In this document: positions 27,520 through 38,121 of the stretch, one piece after another
Layout: the number at the start of each line of letters is the position of its first letter
Position numbering within the stretch: the first letter of the stretch is position 1
NCBI RefSeq assembly: GCF_000143415.4
Contig: NW_003314279.1
Span: 496,130 to 560,129, forward strand
DNA: 64,000 bases
Direction of reading: 5' to 3'
DNA from: Selaginella moellendorffii
Taxonomy: Eukaryota; Plantae; Lycopodiophyta
Program-made: the position numbers and the translations under genes
The notes under the pieces: model-generated
Database searches by the model: none
Seen by the model: only the letters and a program-made list of their open reading frames with translations
Told to the model about the DNA's origin: nothing

Positions 27520-29327
27520 TGTCAGTGGTAACAGCGGGAGGACTCGGAGAGCAGAAGTCGCAAGAGAAGATTGAAATCGAAAAGCTCGCAGCACAGCTGA
27601 GGAGAGCAGGCTCTTGTGAAGACATTGTCTTGGGCAGACGAGTTCACGCCAGGATTCTACAGAGCCGCTACCGAAACTACAGGTATTTGGCCAACCTGGT
27701 CGTGGAAATGTACGGTGACTGCCACAGCGTGAGTGAAGCTCGTGCTGTCTTCGACGGGATTGAAAAGCCAAACGTGTTCTCGTGGAACACCATGCTGGGG
27801 GCTTACGGGCAGAACGGGCAAGTGGAGGATGCAAAACAAATCTTCAACGCAGCACCGGAGAAGAACCTCCTTTTGTGGACTACTTTGATATCCGCATATG
27901 CAAGGAACGGGCATCTGGAGGAAGCCAAGAGTACCTTCGATGGATTGCCCGAGTCGGATGTGGTAACACAGACAACAATACTGCTGGCTTTTCTGGAGAC
28001 TGGGAACTTGGAAGCCGCGGAGTCCATCTACATAAGTATGCCCGTACTCGACACAATCGGCTGGACGATCATGCTAAAGGCATACGCAGAGAGAGGACAT
28101 CTCCAGAAGGCAAGGCGGTTTTTCGAGTTGATGCCAGAAATGGACGTTGTATCTGCGACTTCCATGGTGGTGGCCTATGCCGAGAACAGCGACCTTGAAG
28201 ATGCCAAGGCGGTCTTTGACAGCATGCCTCAGAGGAACATCGTCTCGTGGACAGCGATGGTGAAGGCGTACGCGTGTGAAGGGGATATCGGGAAAGCCAA
28301 GCCTCTGTTCGATAGAATGCCCGAGCACAACGTGATATCTTTCACGGCTATGCTGCAAGCGTACTTGGACAACGGGAAGCTCCAGCTTGCGAAGGCAATA
28401 TTCGACGCCATGCCCGAGCGGGACGTCATTGCGTGGAACTCCATGGTTCAAGGCTATGCGAAGATGGGATATCTGGAGGAGGCAAAGCTTCTGGTAGACA
28501 GAATGCCCAGGTGGAACACGGTGACTTGGACGGCCCTGGTTGAGGGGTATGCTCAAAGCGGGTATATGGATGAAGCGAGGTCAACGTTTGACAGGATGCC
28601 GGGTCGGGATATGATGGCCTGGAACAGCATGATCGGGACGTATGCTCAGCTCGGGTATATGCACGAGGCGAAGGAGATCTTCGCTATGCTTCCGGAGCGA
28701 GACGTTTTCTCGTGGACTGCCATGATCCCGGTTCACGCAAGAGGTGGCAGCGTTTACAAGGCGAAGATGGTGTTCGACACCATGCCTCAGCAGAACGTGG
28801 TGTCCTGGAATGCGATGGTTGCTTCGTATGCTCACTGCGGGCATGCGAAGTCCGCCGTGGAGCTCTTTAAGTTTATGGAACAGGAAGGACTTCGTCCAAA
28901 CGACATCTCCTTCGTGAGCCTTCTCACGGCATGCAGCAGGCTTGGCGCGCTGGACGAAGGCCACGGTTACTTCCTCCGGATGGTGCTCGACTACTGCGTT
29001 GCTCCACTCAAAGAACACTACAGCTCCATGTTGGATCTTCTTGGACGGGCTGGGCGCCTGCGCGATGCCGAGGAGCTGGTCAAGACGATGCCGTTTGTTC
29101 CCGACTCCGTGATGTGGGCGACACTGCTAGGTGCTTGCAAGCTCCACAAAGATACTGCGCGTGGACAACGAGCAGCGAAGCAGATCATCAACTTGGACAC
29201 GAAGAGCTGCCTGGCTTACGTGCTGCTGGGCAACATCTGCGTCGAGCGCTCCGAGCAACTTAAGCATCAAGTCTTGCTTCCTCAAGCTCGTCCAGCTCGA
29301 AGTCTTGTGGCTCCTCCGAGTGCTTGA
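27519..29327 (+). CDS. PLS-class PPR protein with long array of 31-aa short repeats and truncated E domain
   Basis: Tandem ..SWNTM..AY..NG..EEAK..FD.MP.. repeats, HYSSMLDLLGRAG, WATLLGACKLH; no DYW. Confidence 0.93.
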   Translation: MSVVTAGGLGEQKSQEKIEIEKLAAQLRRAGSCEDIVLGRRVHARILQSRYRNYRYLANLVVEMYGDCHSVSEARAVFDGIEKPNVFSWNTMLGAYGQNGQVEDAKQIFNAAPEKNLLLWTTLISAYARNGHLEEAKSTFDGLPESDVVTQTTILLAFLETGNLEAAESIYISMPVLDTIGWTIMLKAYAERGHLQKARRFFELMPEMDVVSATSMVVAYAENSDLEDAKAVFDSMPQRNIVSWTAMVKAYACEGDIGKAKPLFDRMPEHNVISFTAMLQAYLDNGKLQLAKAIFDAMPERDVIAWNSMVQGYAKMGYLEEAKLLVDRMPRWNTVTWTALVEGYAQSGYMDEARSTFDRMPGRDMMAWNSMIGTYAQLGYMHEAKEIFAMLPERDVFSWTAMIPVHARGGSVYKAKMVFDTMPQQNVVSWNAMVASYAHCGHAKSAVELFKFMEQEGLRPNDISFVSLLTACSRLGALDEGHGYFLRMVLDYCVAPLKEHYSSMLDLLGRAGRLRDAEELVKTMPFVPDSVMWATLLGACKLHKDTARGQRAAKQIINLDTKSCLAYVLLGNICVERSEQLKHQVLLPQARPARSLVAPPSA

Positions 29328-32300
29328 GCTGTCCAGCGTACATGTTGTAGAGCGTGACATACGTCGCGGAATCGGCAGAGTCGAGCTCCAGGAGCTCCTT
29401 GGCAACTCTGGCACCCCGAGCAACGTCGTTGTGGATCTTGCACGACATGAGCAGGTTCTTCCACACTGCTTCGTTGGGCTTGAACGGCATCTTTCTGATC
29501 ACGGCTTCGGCCTCCTCCAGCCAGCCGATTCTTCCCAGCAGGCCGACGATGCACGAGTAGCGCTCCCGCTTGGCCGTCACCCGGTACTCCGTTCCGAGCT
29601 GGAACAAGTAGTAGAAGGCTTCCTCGAGCAGGCCAACGTGCTGGCAGACGGAGGCGACGCTCATGAGCGCTACGTTGTCGGGCTTAAGTCCTTCCTGCTG
29701 CAGTCCACGAAACAGCTTGCGTGCCTCGGCAACCTCACCGTGCTGCGCCGCCACCGTGACTATCGAGTTCCAGGAAACGAGCGCCCGCTCGCGCATGGAG
29801 TCGAAGACTCTCCGTGCCTCTCTCGGGCTCCCGCACTTGCCATACATGTTGATGAGCGTGTTGTCGATGATCACGTCCGAGAGGAAACCGGACTCAGCTA
29901 TGCTCCTATGGATGATCCTGGCTTGGACGAGCCCGGCATGGCCAGCACAGGCGTCAAGGATGGCATTTACAGTTCCCCGGTTGAAGCTGACGCCTTCGAG
30001 GTCCATTCTCCTGAACAAAGCGATGGCCTTTCCCCCTCGGCCGTGTTTGGAATAGGCCGAGATCATGGAGTTGTAGAGCAGCACGTCCTTGGGCGCGGCT
30101 GTTTCGAAGGCTTCCGCTGCCTCCTCCAGAGAGAAGCACTCCGAGTACATCCCGATGAGAGCGGGCGAGACCGTGGTGCTCGAGTCGTATCCCGAGCCTT
30201 TCACTTGCTCGTGGATCATCCTCCCGCGGCTTAAAGACTTCAAGCTGCTGCACGCATCGAGAATTCCCGCAAAGGTGACGGTGTCGGGCTTGTCTCCATA
30301 CTGCTGCATCCAGTGCCACAGCTCGAAGGCCTCGTAGTGGCTGCCGTCTTCGACACAGGAGCACAGCATGGAAGTCCAGGAGACAACGTCCCGGTAGTCC
30401 TGGATGCTCTGGAAGACGACCTTGGCATCCTCCAGACTCTGGCACTTTCGGTACGCGTTGATGAGGCAGTTCGCCACCGCGACGTCCCGGAGCAGTCCTG
30501 CCGAACAGATCTGAGCGTGGAGCATCCGGACCTGACTTATGTCGGTGAAACACGCATCGAGGCTCGCGAAGAACGTCACTCTATCCGGCTTGGTGCCTTC
30601 GAGCTGCATCGAGGCGAGCAACTCCAACGCGGCGTCACCCTGAGCGTTCTGGACGTATGCCGACGCAAGAGCGTTCCAGGAGACGAGATTCTTCTCCTCC
30701 ATCCTGTCGAAGGCGGCCTTCGCTTGCTCGAGTCTCGAGCACCTCCCGTACATAGTGATCAAAGTGTTCCCGACAGAGACGGACTCCTCGACTCCACACT
30801 CGGCCGCACACTCGTGAGCTCGGACTCCCTGTTCCAAGTCCCCCAGGCTCGCGCAGCTATCGATGACGCTCACAAAAGTCTGCTCGCCTGCCTTGACGCC
30901 TTCCTGGTTCATCCGGTGGAACATCTCCACTGCCGCTTCGTCCGCCCCGCACTGAGCGTAAGCAGTCAGGAGCGTGTTCCAGGCGAAGAGATCCTTGTCC
31001 CGGACGCCATCAAACGTTCTCTTTGCGTCGGAGATGCTTGAGTTCCTGGCAAAAACTTGGAGCAGCGCCGTCTGGAGGAGCACGTCCGACCGAAGCCCCG
31101 CGGAGGTGACGAGCTCCTGGAGCAGCCTCACCTGGCGTAGGCTGGTGCAGACCTCGAGCACGGTGAGAAAGGTGACTTTGTCGGGCCGGACGCCTTCGTG
31201 CTGCATGGTCCGGAAGAGCTTGAAGGCCTCGCGCTCCAGCCCGTTGTGAGCGTAGGCGTCGACGATCGAGTTCCAGGACGAGACGCTCTGCAAGGCCATG
31301 GCATCGAAGAGCTGCTTGGCGTCGCGGACGCTGCCGCACTTGCCGTGCATGTGGACGAGCGAGTTCCCGACGAAGACGTTGGAGCTGTGGAAGCCATTCT
31401 CGGCGGCTCTGTCGTGGATCATCCTCAGCTCGCTGGCCTCCTCGGCGGCACCGAGAACACTCACGAAAGTCACCTCGTTTGGAGCCACGGAGCACTCGTG
31501 CTGCATCCTCCGGAACATCTCCAGCGCGCTCTTGCGGTGGCCGTGCTGCGAGTAGGCCCGGATGATGGCGTTCCAGGACACAACGTCGCGCTGCTCCATC
31601 CTCTCGAAGACGCGCCGGGCCTCCTCCACAGCGCTGCAGTCGCCATACATGCTCACCAGCGTGTTCGCGATGACCACATCCGACTCGAGCTCGTCCGCGA
31701 CGATCATGGCGTGGATCTCTCGGCCGTGCTCCAGGCTCTCCTCCACGCAGCAGCAGCCGAGCAAGCTCAAGTAAGTCACCCTGTCCGGCTTCACTCGCTC
31801 GTGGATCATCCGCTGGAAGAGCTCCAGCGCCCGCTCGCCATTGCCAGCCCGGGCCAGCACCGTGATCATCGTGTTCCAGGACACTACATCCTTGTGGGCG
31901 ATGCTCTCGAACACCAGCTCGGCCTCGTCCAGGCGCCCGGCTCGTCCATACAGGTTGGCGAGAGCGTTGCCGAGAAAGGTGACGGACTGGAGGCCTGCGG
32001 CAAGAATTAGCTCGTGAATCGTCCTCACTGATCTTGCCGATGGCGAGGAAGAGCACGACTCCAAGGCTGTGAGGAATCCTACCTTGTCCGGCTTGGCTCC
32101 CTCGAGCAGCATCGCGTGGAAGAGCTCCAGCGCCGCGGTGGTATGCCCGTTGTGGGCATACGCGGCCATGATCATCGTCCAGGAGAAGACGTTGCGGTGG
32201 AGGATCCTGTCGAAGACGCTGCGCGCGTCCTCCACTCGGCCGAGCTTCCCATACGACTGGACAAGGAGGTTGAGCAGCAGGCGATCGGTGGCGAGAGTGG

Positions 32301-32520
32301 CCGAGGAGAGGATGTGGCGGTGGATGCGCTTCGTCTGCCAGACGTGGATGCATCGCCGGATGAGCGAGGAGATGTGTGGAGCCGAGGTGGATTCGCCGTC
32401 GTCGCCATCGCTTCGATCCAGCCGGTCCAGCTCCCGGTCGAGAGTGAGATCGGCGCTGGAAGAACCAACACCGGCAGTAGAGAAGAAGTTTCTCCTGGAT
32501 CTCGAGCAGCGCAAGAGCAT
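29260..32520 (-). CDS. PLS-E class PPR protein (1086 aa)
   Basis: P-L-S triplets (MYGKCG..A..VF..DVVSWN), YSCIVGLLGRIG, WKNLLMSCKIH, ATYVTLYNMY; no DYW. Confidence 0.95.
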   Translation of the reverse strand: MLLRCSRSRRNFFSTAGVGSSSADLTLDRELDRLDRSDGDDGESTSAPHISSLIRRCIHVWQTKRIHRHILSSATLATDRLLLNLLVQSYGKLGRVEDARSVFDRILHRNVFSWTMIMAAYAHNGHTTAALELFHAMLLEGAKPDKVGFLTALESCSSSPSARSVRTIHELILAAGLQSVTFLGNALANLYGRAGRLDEAELVFESIAHKDVVSWNTMITVLARAGNGERALELFQRMIHERVKPDRVTYLSLLGCCCVEESLEHGREIHAMIVADELESDVVIANTLVSMYGDCSAVEEARRVFERMEQRDVVSWNAIIRAYSQHGHRKSALEMFRRMQHECSVAPNEVTFVSVLGAAEEASELRMIHDRAAENGFHSSNVFVGNSLVHMHGKCGSVRDAKQLFDAMALQSVSSWNSIVDAYAHNGLEREAFKLFRTMQHEGVRPDKVTFLTVLEVCTSLRQVRLLQELVTSAGLRSDVLLQTALLQVFARNSSISDAKRTFDGVRDKDLFAWNTLLTAYAQCGADEAAVEMFHRMNQEGVKAGEQTFVSVIDSCASLGDLEQGVRAHECAAECGVEESVSVGNTLITMYGRCSRLEQAKAAFDRMEEKNLVSWNALASAYVQNAQGDAALELLASMQLEGTKPDRVTFFASLDACFTDISQVRMLHAQICSAGLLRDVAVANCLINAYRKCQSLEDAKVVFQSIQDYRDVVSWTSMLCSCVEDGSHYEAFELWHWMQQYGDKPDTVTFAGILDACSSLKSLSRGRMIHEQVKGSGYDSSTTVSPALIGMYSECFSLEEAAEAFETAAPKDVLLYNSMISAYSKHGRGGKAIALFRRMDLEGVSFNRGTVNAILDACAGHAGLVQARIIHRSIAESGFLSDVIIDNTLINMYGKCGSPREARRVFDSMRERALVSWNSIVTVAAQHGEVAEARKLFRGLQQEGLKPDNVALMSVASVCQHVGLLEEAFYYLFQLGTEYRVTAKRERYSCIVGLLGRIGWLEEAEAVIRKMPFKPNEAVWKNLLMSCKIHNDVARGARVAKELLELDSADSATYVTLYNMYAGQLKHSEEPQDFELDELEEARLDA

Positions 32521-32545
32521 GGCGGTGGTGGGAGAGATCTAGGTG

Positions 32546-34522
32546 ATGGGCGATCGCATTCTTCGATGCTTGAGCCGGACTTCCATTGCTATGGCGGATG
32601 CTGGCCGGAGATCGAGAGGACCAGCAGCCCAGCTTCCGAGAAGAGCCCTAGACGAGGATCCAGTTGATGGGCTTGATAGATTCGGGAAATCCAGTCGAGC
32701 TCGTCTCATGGGGATCGCGGAGGAGATGGAAAGATTGCCGCTCGAGGAAGCCATCCACGGGCTGGAGATGCTGGGTTTCAGTCCAGGAGTGGAGCTCTAC
32801 GCGGCATTGCTGCGACGATGCGGCAGCCAAGGATCCCTGGCGGAGGGAATTCGCGTCCACGAGCACATTGCAAGGAGCAAGCTTGTGCGAGTGAGGTTCT
32901 TGGAGAACACGCTCATGGAGATGTATGGGAGGTGTGGTGGCGTGCAAGAGGCTACCGCGGTCTTCGAGAGAATGGAAGATTGGAACGTCTACTCGTGGAC
33001 GATCATCATCGCAGCAAATACCCAGAACGGCCATCCACTCGAGGCACTGCAACTCTTCTACCGGATGAACCAGGAAGGGACTGCTCCAAACAACCACACT
33101 CTAAGCATCGCCATCGCAGCGTGCTCGGCACTGGTGGATCTCTCGCGAGGGAGGAAGATCCATGCGAGCTTGGAAGGCTGTGGCTTCCAGGCCGACGATC
33201 ACGTCAAGAACACGCTCATGGACTTCTACACCAAGTGCGACAGCCTTGACGACGTGAAGAAGGTGTTTCGATCGATGGGAGGCGACGCCAAGGTGGTCAG
33301 CTGGACGTGCCTCATCGTTGGCTGCGTCCAGCTCGGGAGCTACAGGGAGGCCTTCCACTTCTTCAAGCTCATGGAGCTCCAGGGGATCCACGCTGACACC
33401 GTCACTTACGCCTCGCTGCTCGACGCCTGCTCCAACTTGGCGTCGCTCTCGCAGGGCCGGAAGCTCCACGCTCGCATCGCCGAGCTCGGGCTGCTCGAGG
33501 CCGACGTGGTGCTCCAGACTTCCATCCTCACCATGTACTCGAAGTGCGGAAGGCTGGGAGAAGCTCGCGGGATCTTCGACAGGATTGGCGAGAAGAACAT
33601 CGTGGCGTGGTCGGCGATCATCATCGCCTACGCGCAAAACGGCGACTGCTCCACCGCGTTGAAGCTCTTCTGGAAGATGGAGCAGGCGGGGCAGAAGGCG
33701 AGCGAGACGACGTTCGTGAGCGTCTTGTACGCTTGCAGCCATGCCGGCCTCGTCGACGATGCGTACTACTACTTCACCACCATGATGAGCGAGAGGAAGC
33801 TGGAGCCTTTGCCGGGACACTATGGTTGCATCGTGGATCTGCTGGGCCGAGCCGGGCGACTGGCCGATGCCGAGGAGCTCATACAGCGGATGAAGGCTCC
33901 ACATTCGGGGGTGCTCTGGACGACGCTTTTAGGAGCTTGCAAGACGCATGGAGATATGATGCTGGCGGAGCGAGCAGCGGAGAGGATCCGCGAGCTGGAT
34001 CCAGGCTCTGCGACACCGTACGTACTGCTTTCGAATGTCTACTCGGAAGCTGGACGATGGGACCTGGCAGCCAGCGTGAGGAAGCGCATGGACAACATGA
34101 AAGTGAAGAAACCAGCGGGGAAGAGCTGGGTGGAAGTGAGAGGCAAGCTGCACGAGTTTGTAGCGGGGGACCAGTCCCATCCGAAGATCGGGGAGATTGT
34201 TTTGGAGCTCAAGAGGCTGCTCGCGCTGATCAAGGAAGCCGGATACGCTGCGGACAAAAGTGCCACACTCCACAATGCGGAAGAGGAGGAGAAGGAAGGA
34301 CTCCTTTACTATCACAGTGAGAAGCTCGCGATCGTCATGGGGCTGCTTCACAGCCCCCGCGGAGAGCCCGTCCAAGTCGTGAAGAACTTGAGAGTTTGCT
34401 CCGACTGCCATGCTGCCGCCAAGTTCATCAGCAAGGTGGTGGACAGGCAGATTGTCCTGAGGGACACGAAGCAGTTCCACCACTTTGAGCACGGGCGCTG
34501 CTCGTGTGGAGACTACTGGTGA
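32546..34522 (+). CDS. PLS-DYW PPR protein (C-to-U RNA editing factor)
   Basis: PG-box KKPAGKSWVEV, HSEKLA, KNLRVCSDCH, ends CSCGDYW. Confidence 0.96.
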   Translation: MGDRILRCLSRTSIAMADAGRRSRGPAAQLPRRALDEDPVDGLDRFGKSSRARLMGIAEEMERLPLEEAIHGLEMLGFSPGVELYAALLRRCGSQGSLAEGIRVHEHIARSKLVRVRFLENTLMEMYGRCGGVQEATAVFERMEDWNVYSWTIIIAANTQNGHPLEALQLFYRMNQEGTAPNNHTLSIAIAACSALVDLSRGRKIHASLEGCGFQADDHVKNTLMDFYTKCDSLDDVKKVFRSMGGDAKVVSWTCLIVGCVQLGSYREAFHFFKLMELQGIHADTVTYASLLDACSNLASLSQGRKLHARIAELGLLEADVVLQTSILTMYSKCGRLGEARGIFDRIGEKNIVAWSAIIIAYAQNGDCSTALKLFWKMEQAGQKASETTFVSVLYACSHAGLVDDAYYYFTTMMSERKLEPLPGHYGCIVDLLGRAGRLADAEELIQRMKAPHSGVLWTTLLGACKTHGDMMLAERAAERIRELDPGSATPYVLLSNVYSEAGRWDLAASVRKRMDNMKVKKPAGKSWVEVRGKLHEFVAGDQSHPKIGEIVLELKRLLALIKEAGYAADKSATLHNAEEEEKEGLLYYHSEKLAIVMGLLHSPRGEPVQVVKNLRVCSDCHAAAKFISKVVDRQIVLRDTKQFHHFEHGRCSCGDYW

Positions 34523-34538
34523 TCGCAAACGAGCTCTT

Positions 34539-36458
34539 CTACCAATAGTCTCGGCAAGAACAATTTCCATCTTCCATGTGATGGAACAAGTTGATGTCGC
34601 GGATGACGATCTTCCTCTCGGTCACCTTGGATATCACCTTCGCGGCGGTGTGGCAGTCGGGACACACGCGGATATTCTTGACGATGCTGATGGTCGTCTT
34701 TGGAGGAGTTTTGATCAGCCCCAGCCCGATGGCCAGCTTCTCGCTATGGAAGTAGAGGATGTCCTCCTTCTCCTCCTCCTCGGCGTCATGCAGTACTTGC
34801 TTGGTATCGGGTACGTAGCCGTGTTCTTTCATGACTTTGCTCACTCTCTGAATCTCCTGGCAGATTTGGACGAGGTCCGGGTGCCAGGAATCGCCCACGA
34901 TGAACTCACTCGTCTTGCCGTTGATCTCGATCCAGCTCCTGCCGCCGGGCTTCTTTATTCCTCGGTCACGCATCAACTTCTGGACTTTGGCGGCCATGTC
35001 CCACTTCCCAGCGTCCGAGTAGATGTTGGAGAGGAGGCTGTAAGGCCCGGCGCGGTGCGGAGCCAGCCGGAAGACGTGCTCCGCGGCTCGAGCTCCAATC
35101 TCCACGTTGCGGTGGATCCGGCAGGCCTGCAGCAGCGACATCCACGACACCGAGTCGGGAGGGATCGGCATCCGGTTGAGGAACTTCTCGGCGTCGGCCA
35201 GCCAGCCAGCACGCGCGAGAAGATCGACCGCGCAGCCAAAGTGCTCGGCAACCAGCGGGATCCCCCGGTCGGGCTCGAGCGTGGTGAAGTAGTGCCAGGC
35301 CTGGTCGACGAAGCCGCCGTGGCTGCAAGCGTAGAGGACGTGCGTGAAGGTGACGCTGTCGGGCTTGTAGCCATCCTGCTCCATGCTCCAGAAGAGCTTC
35401 AAGGCGTCGCCGAAGTGGCCGTTTCGAGCGTAGGCCGCCACCATGCTGGAGAAGGTGATGTTGTTCGGCTCCAGCGTCTGGTCGAAGAGCTCGCGGGCCT
35501 CGTCAACTCGACCACACTTCGCATACATGTTGAGCAGCGCGGTATGCAGCACGACGTCGATGCAAACGCCCGAGGTGATGATCCGGTCGTGGAGGTGGCG
35601 GCCTTGGGCGATGGCGGACAGGTTCCCGCAAGCGTCCACCAGCGTCGCGAAGGTGAGGGCGCTGGTGATCCGGAAGCCGTCCTGGTCCATGACGCGCAGG
35701 AGCTCCAGCGCCGACGCCTCGCGGCCGCACTGGATCCTCCCGGCCAGCATCGTCGTCCACGACACCTCGTCGCGCGACGGCATCGCCCAGAAGGCGCGCT
35801 CGAAGTCGTCCATGCCGCCGCAGCGGCGGTACATGTTGAGCAGCGAGTTGGCCACCACGGGGTCGTGGAGCATGGCGGTGCTCGCGAGCGGCGCGGTGAT
35901 GGAGCGCCCGAGCTCCAAGTTGGCGGTGTCGGCCACCGCGCAGAAGATGGCGCTCACGACGTGGGCGTCGGGGTGGCAGCCGCGGAGCTGCATCGCGCGG
36001 TAGTGGCCGAGAGCCGCGCGGGGCCGCGCGTTGCGGAGGCAGGCCGAGATGAGCATCATCCAGGAGAAGACGTTGGGGTCGGGCTGGCGGGCGAAGACGG
36101 CGTGCGCGCTCTCCACGTCCCCGCACTGGCCATACGCCTGGACGAGCTTGTTGGAGAGGTAGCGGCTGCGCAGGGCGCCGGTGGCGAGCATGAGCGCGTG
36201 GAGCTGGTGGGCTTGTGGGAGAGCTCGCTCGGCGGCGCAGCGGTGGAGGAGGAGCTCCACCGCCTCGCGGACGAGGCCCGGGGGGTGTGGCTGCCGCTGG
36301 AGCGCCGCCAGGACGTCCTTGACTGGGAGGCGCTCCACGTCGTGCCTGGTGAGCAGCATCTGGGTCGACGATTCTGGGCTCTCTTGAGCTGCCAGCGCCG
36401 ATGCTCGGCGAATCCATGACCGCCCACGACGAGAACTCGTGCTCCTCCTCCACCACAT
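34539..36458 (-). CDS. PLS-DYW PPR protein (C-to-U RNA editing factor)
   Basis: KKPGGRSWIEI, HSEKLA, KNIRVCPDCH, ends CSCRDYW. Confidence 0.96.
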   Translation of the reverse strand: MWWRRSTSSRRGRSWIRRASALAAQESPESSTQMLLTRHDVERLPVKDVLAALQRQPHPPGLVREAVELLLHRCAAERALPQAHQLHALMLATGALRSRYLSNKLVQAYGQCGDVESAHAVFARQPDPNVFSWMMLISACLRNARPRAALGHYRAMQLRGCHPDAHVVSAIFCAVADTANLELGRSITAPLASTAMLHDPVVANSLLNMYRRCGGMDDFERAFWAMPSRDEVSWTTMLAGRIQCGREASALELLRVMDQDGFRITSALTFATLVDACGNLSAIAQGRHLHDRIITSGVCIDVVLHTALLNMYAKCGRVDEARELFDQTLEPNNITFSSMVAAYARNGHFGDALKLFWSMEQDGYKPDSVTFTHVLYACSHGGFVDQAWHYFTTLEPDRGIPLVAEHFGCAVDLLARAGWLADAEKFLNRMPIPPDSVSWMSLLQACRIHRNVEIGARAAEHVFRLAPHRAGPYSLLSNIYSDAGKWDMAAKVQKLMRDRGIKKPGGRSWIEINGKTSEFIVGDSWHPDLVQICQEIQRVSKVMKEHGYVPDTKQVLHDAEEEEKEDILYFHSEKLAIGLGLIKTPPKTTISIVKNIRVCPDCHTAAKVISKVTERKIVIRDINLFHHMEDGNCSCRDYW

Positions 36459-36629
36459 TTACGCAATGCCATTCATTCCCCAGGTACCTAAATGATCACC
36501 CTCCAAGATCTTTGGACTGAAACTCTTTCTCGCAGCTAGAGATACGTCCTCTTTCTCGACAAAAGAGAGATCTTTCATTTCAAGGGTGGAAGTATAGTAG
36601 CGCGTTAGAACGAGAAGGTCGTGGATCTC

Positions 36630-37369
36630 TCAGGTGGTGGGATCCAACCCACGCCATGGTAGCAAGCACTCACCCATCCTCACTTCACGTTTTCCACCAT
36701 CCAGACCTCGATCGCACGAACATAATCCATGACACCCTTCTCGCTGCCAAGGCCATCTTTGCTCGATGCAATCTCTTGCTTTGTTTGTAGGTAGCGTTTC
36801 TCCAGCTCCTTGGCCATCCCCACCACCTTGGCCATGGAAGGTTGTGGTTGTCAGCCAGGATGGAGACCATGTTGAGGTACTTCTCGCTCGTCCACTCCTT
36901 GAATGAGACCAAGTCGGTGTGGATCGCAATGTGGTGCGTTCCAATCTCGATCTTCCGGACGACTGCCAGCACGGATTTACTCAGCCCGAGTACATCCAGG
37001 AAATCGATCGCTGTGAAGCAGGGAGGCACCCCGCACGTAATCTCTCGCATCCAGAGGTACGTCTCCGGGTTTGGGACGATCTTCCGGCGGAGCCAGCTCG
37101 ATTCCACCTCGCTCATCTCCAGGCACTTGATCACGGAGTCCAAGAAGCGAGCTCTCTGGCGCTCCGTCCATCAAGGTCTCGCGGATGAGCCGGGCTTTGT
37201 GAGAGCCGGGCTGCAGAAACTCCATCCACCACTCGTCAACTTGATTGGTCGCCGTCCTGTGGGCTGGATTGAGTTCGAGCGTCTCTGCGGGGCTGAGAAG
37301 CGAATTCGCAGGGGGGATGTGGAAGGTGTCTTGGTGCTTGAAAGTGGAGAGGATGGACAAGGGTGTCAT
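36630..37369 (-). pseudogene. Microbial-type terpene synthase-like (MTPSL) pseudogene
   Basis: Three frames join as ..VDEWWMEF.. / QRARFLDSV..YLWMREITCGVPPC..HTDLVSFKE..LNMVSIL / DYVRAIEVWMVENVK*GWVSACYH. These are degenerate NSE/DTE and WxxxxxRY motifs; the DDxxD region is missing; frameshifts and a stop are present. Confidence 0.78.
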
Positions 37370-38121
37370 GGCGAAATCTTAGAAGATCTAAGTCAGATTG
37401 GTTTGCTTGGGGGTTAAGCACATGCTAATCAATAAGTACTTGCAAAGGAATCTGCGTAGCTTGAATCTGTCACAAACTTGTCACCGTATAGCCTAGTATG
37501 AAAGACTTGCAAATCACAAACAAAATACTTGCATTATGTTTTTTCTTTTTTGGAAAAATGCTAGTGCCATTCACTTATGTTGGAGACTAAGTAGTCTTAT
37601 TCCTCCAGCTAATAATAATAATAAAACATAGTTTTATTGTGTCGTACTGGAAGCATGAGACCACAAGCGAGGATTTGTAATTACCTTCCTACTCCTCACA
37701 ACTGGACCCAAAAGACACTGAAAACATGTCAAAACACCAGCTAAGGTGATGAGCTATTCCTTTTGTCCTCTTTTTTGGTAATATCATCTTTTGAAATACT
37801 CAGCTTAGCTTTGACCAACTGTAAACCTTCAAAGATAACAGATAACTTTGATATCGAGTATCTCCGACAAGCCATGCTTTGCCAAAATGAAAAATAAAAC
37901 CTGTCGCGATATTGTGAAGCACTTTGGTGTTTTAGAAACAATGAGACTGTTGCCCTCCAGAACTATCGAACGACGCTCTGCAACCATATGCCAAGATAGA
38001 TAAGTTATAAACATGACGAAATCAAGGACGAACCCTTCCGCCACAACCGCTTCCAGGAGGAATATAAACACAAGAAGTGTATATAAACACAAGTTTACCC
38101 AGCCATTTGTGCAGAAGCGCA

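Noticed and set aside
27500-36470. Long antisense/alternate-frame ORFs (e.g. 34485..36419, 31010..32353, 29131..30234)
   Set aside because: Shadow ORFs of GC-rich PPR coding sequence with no motifs of their own
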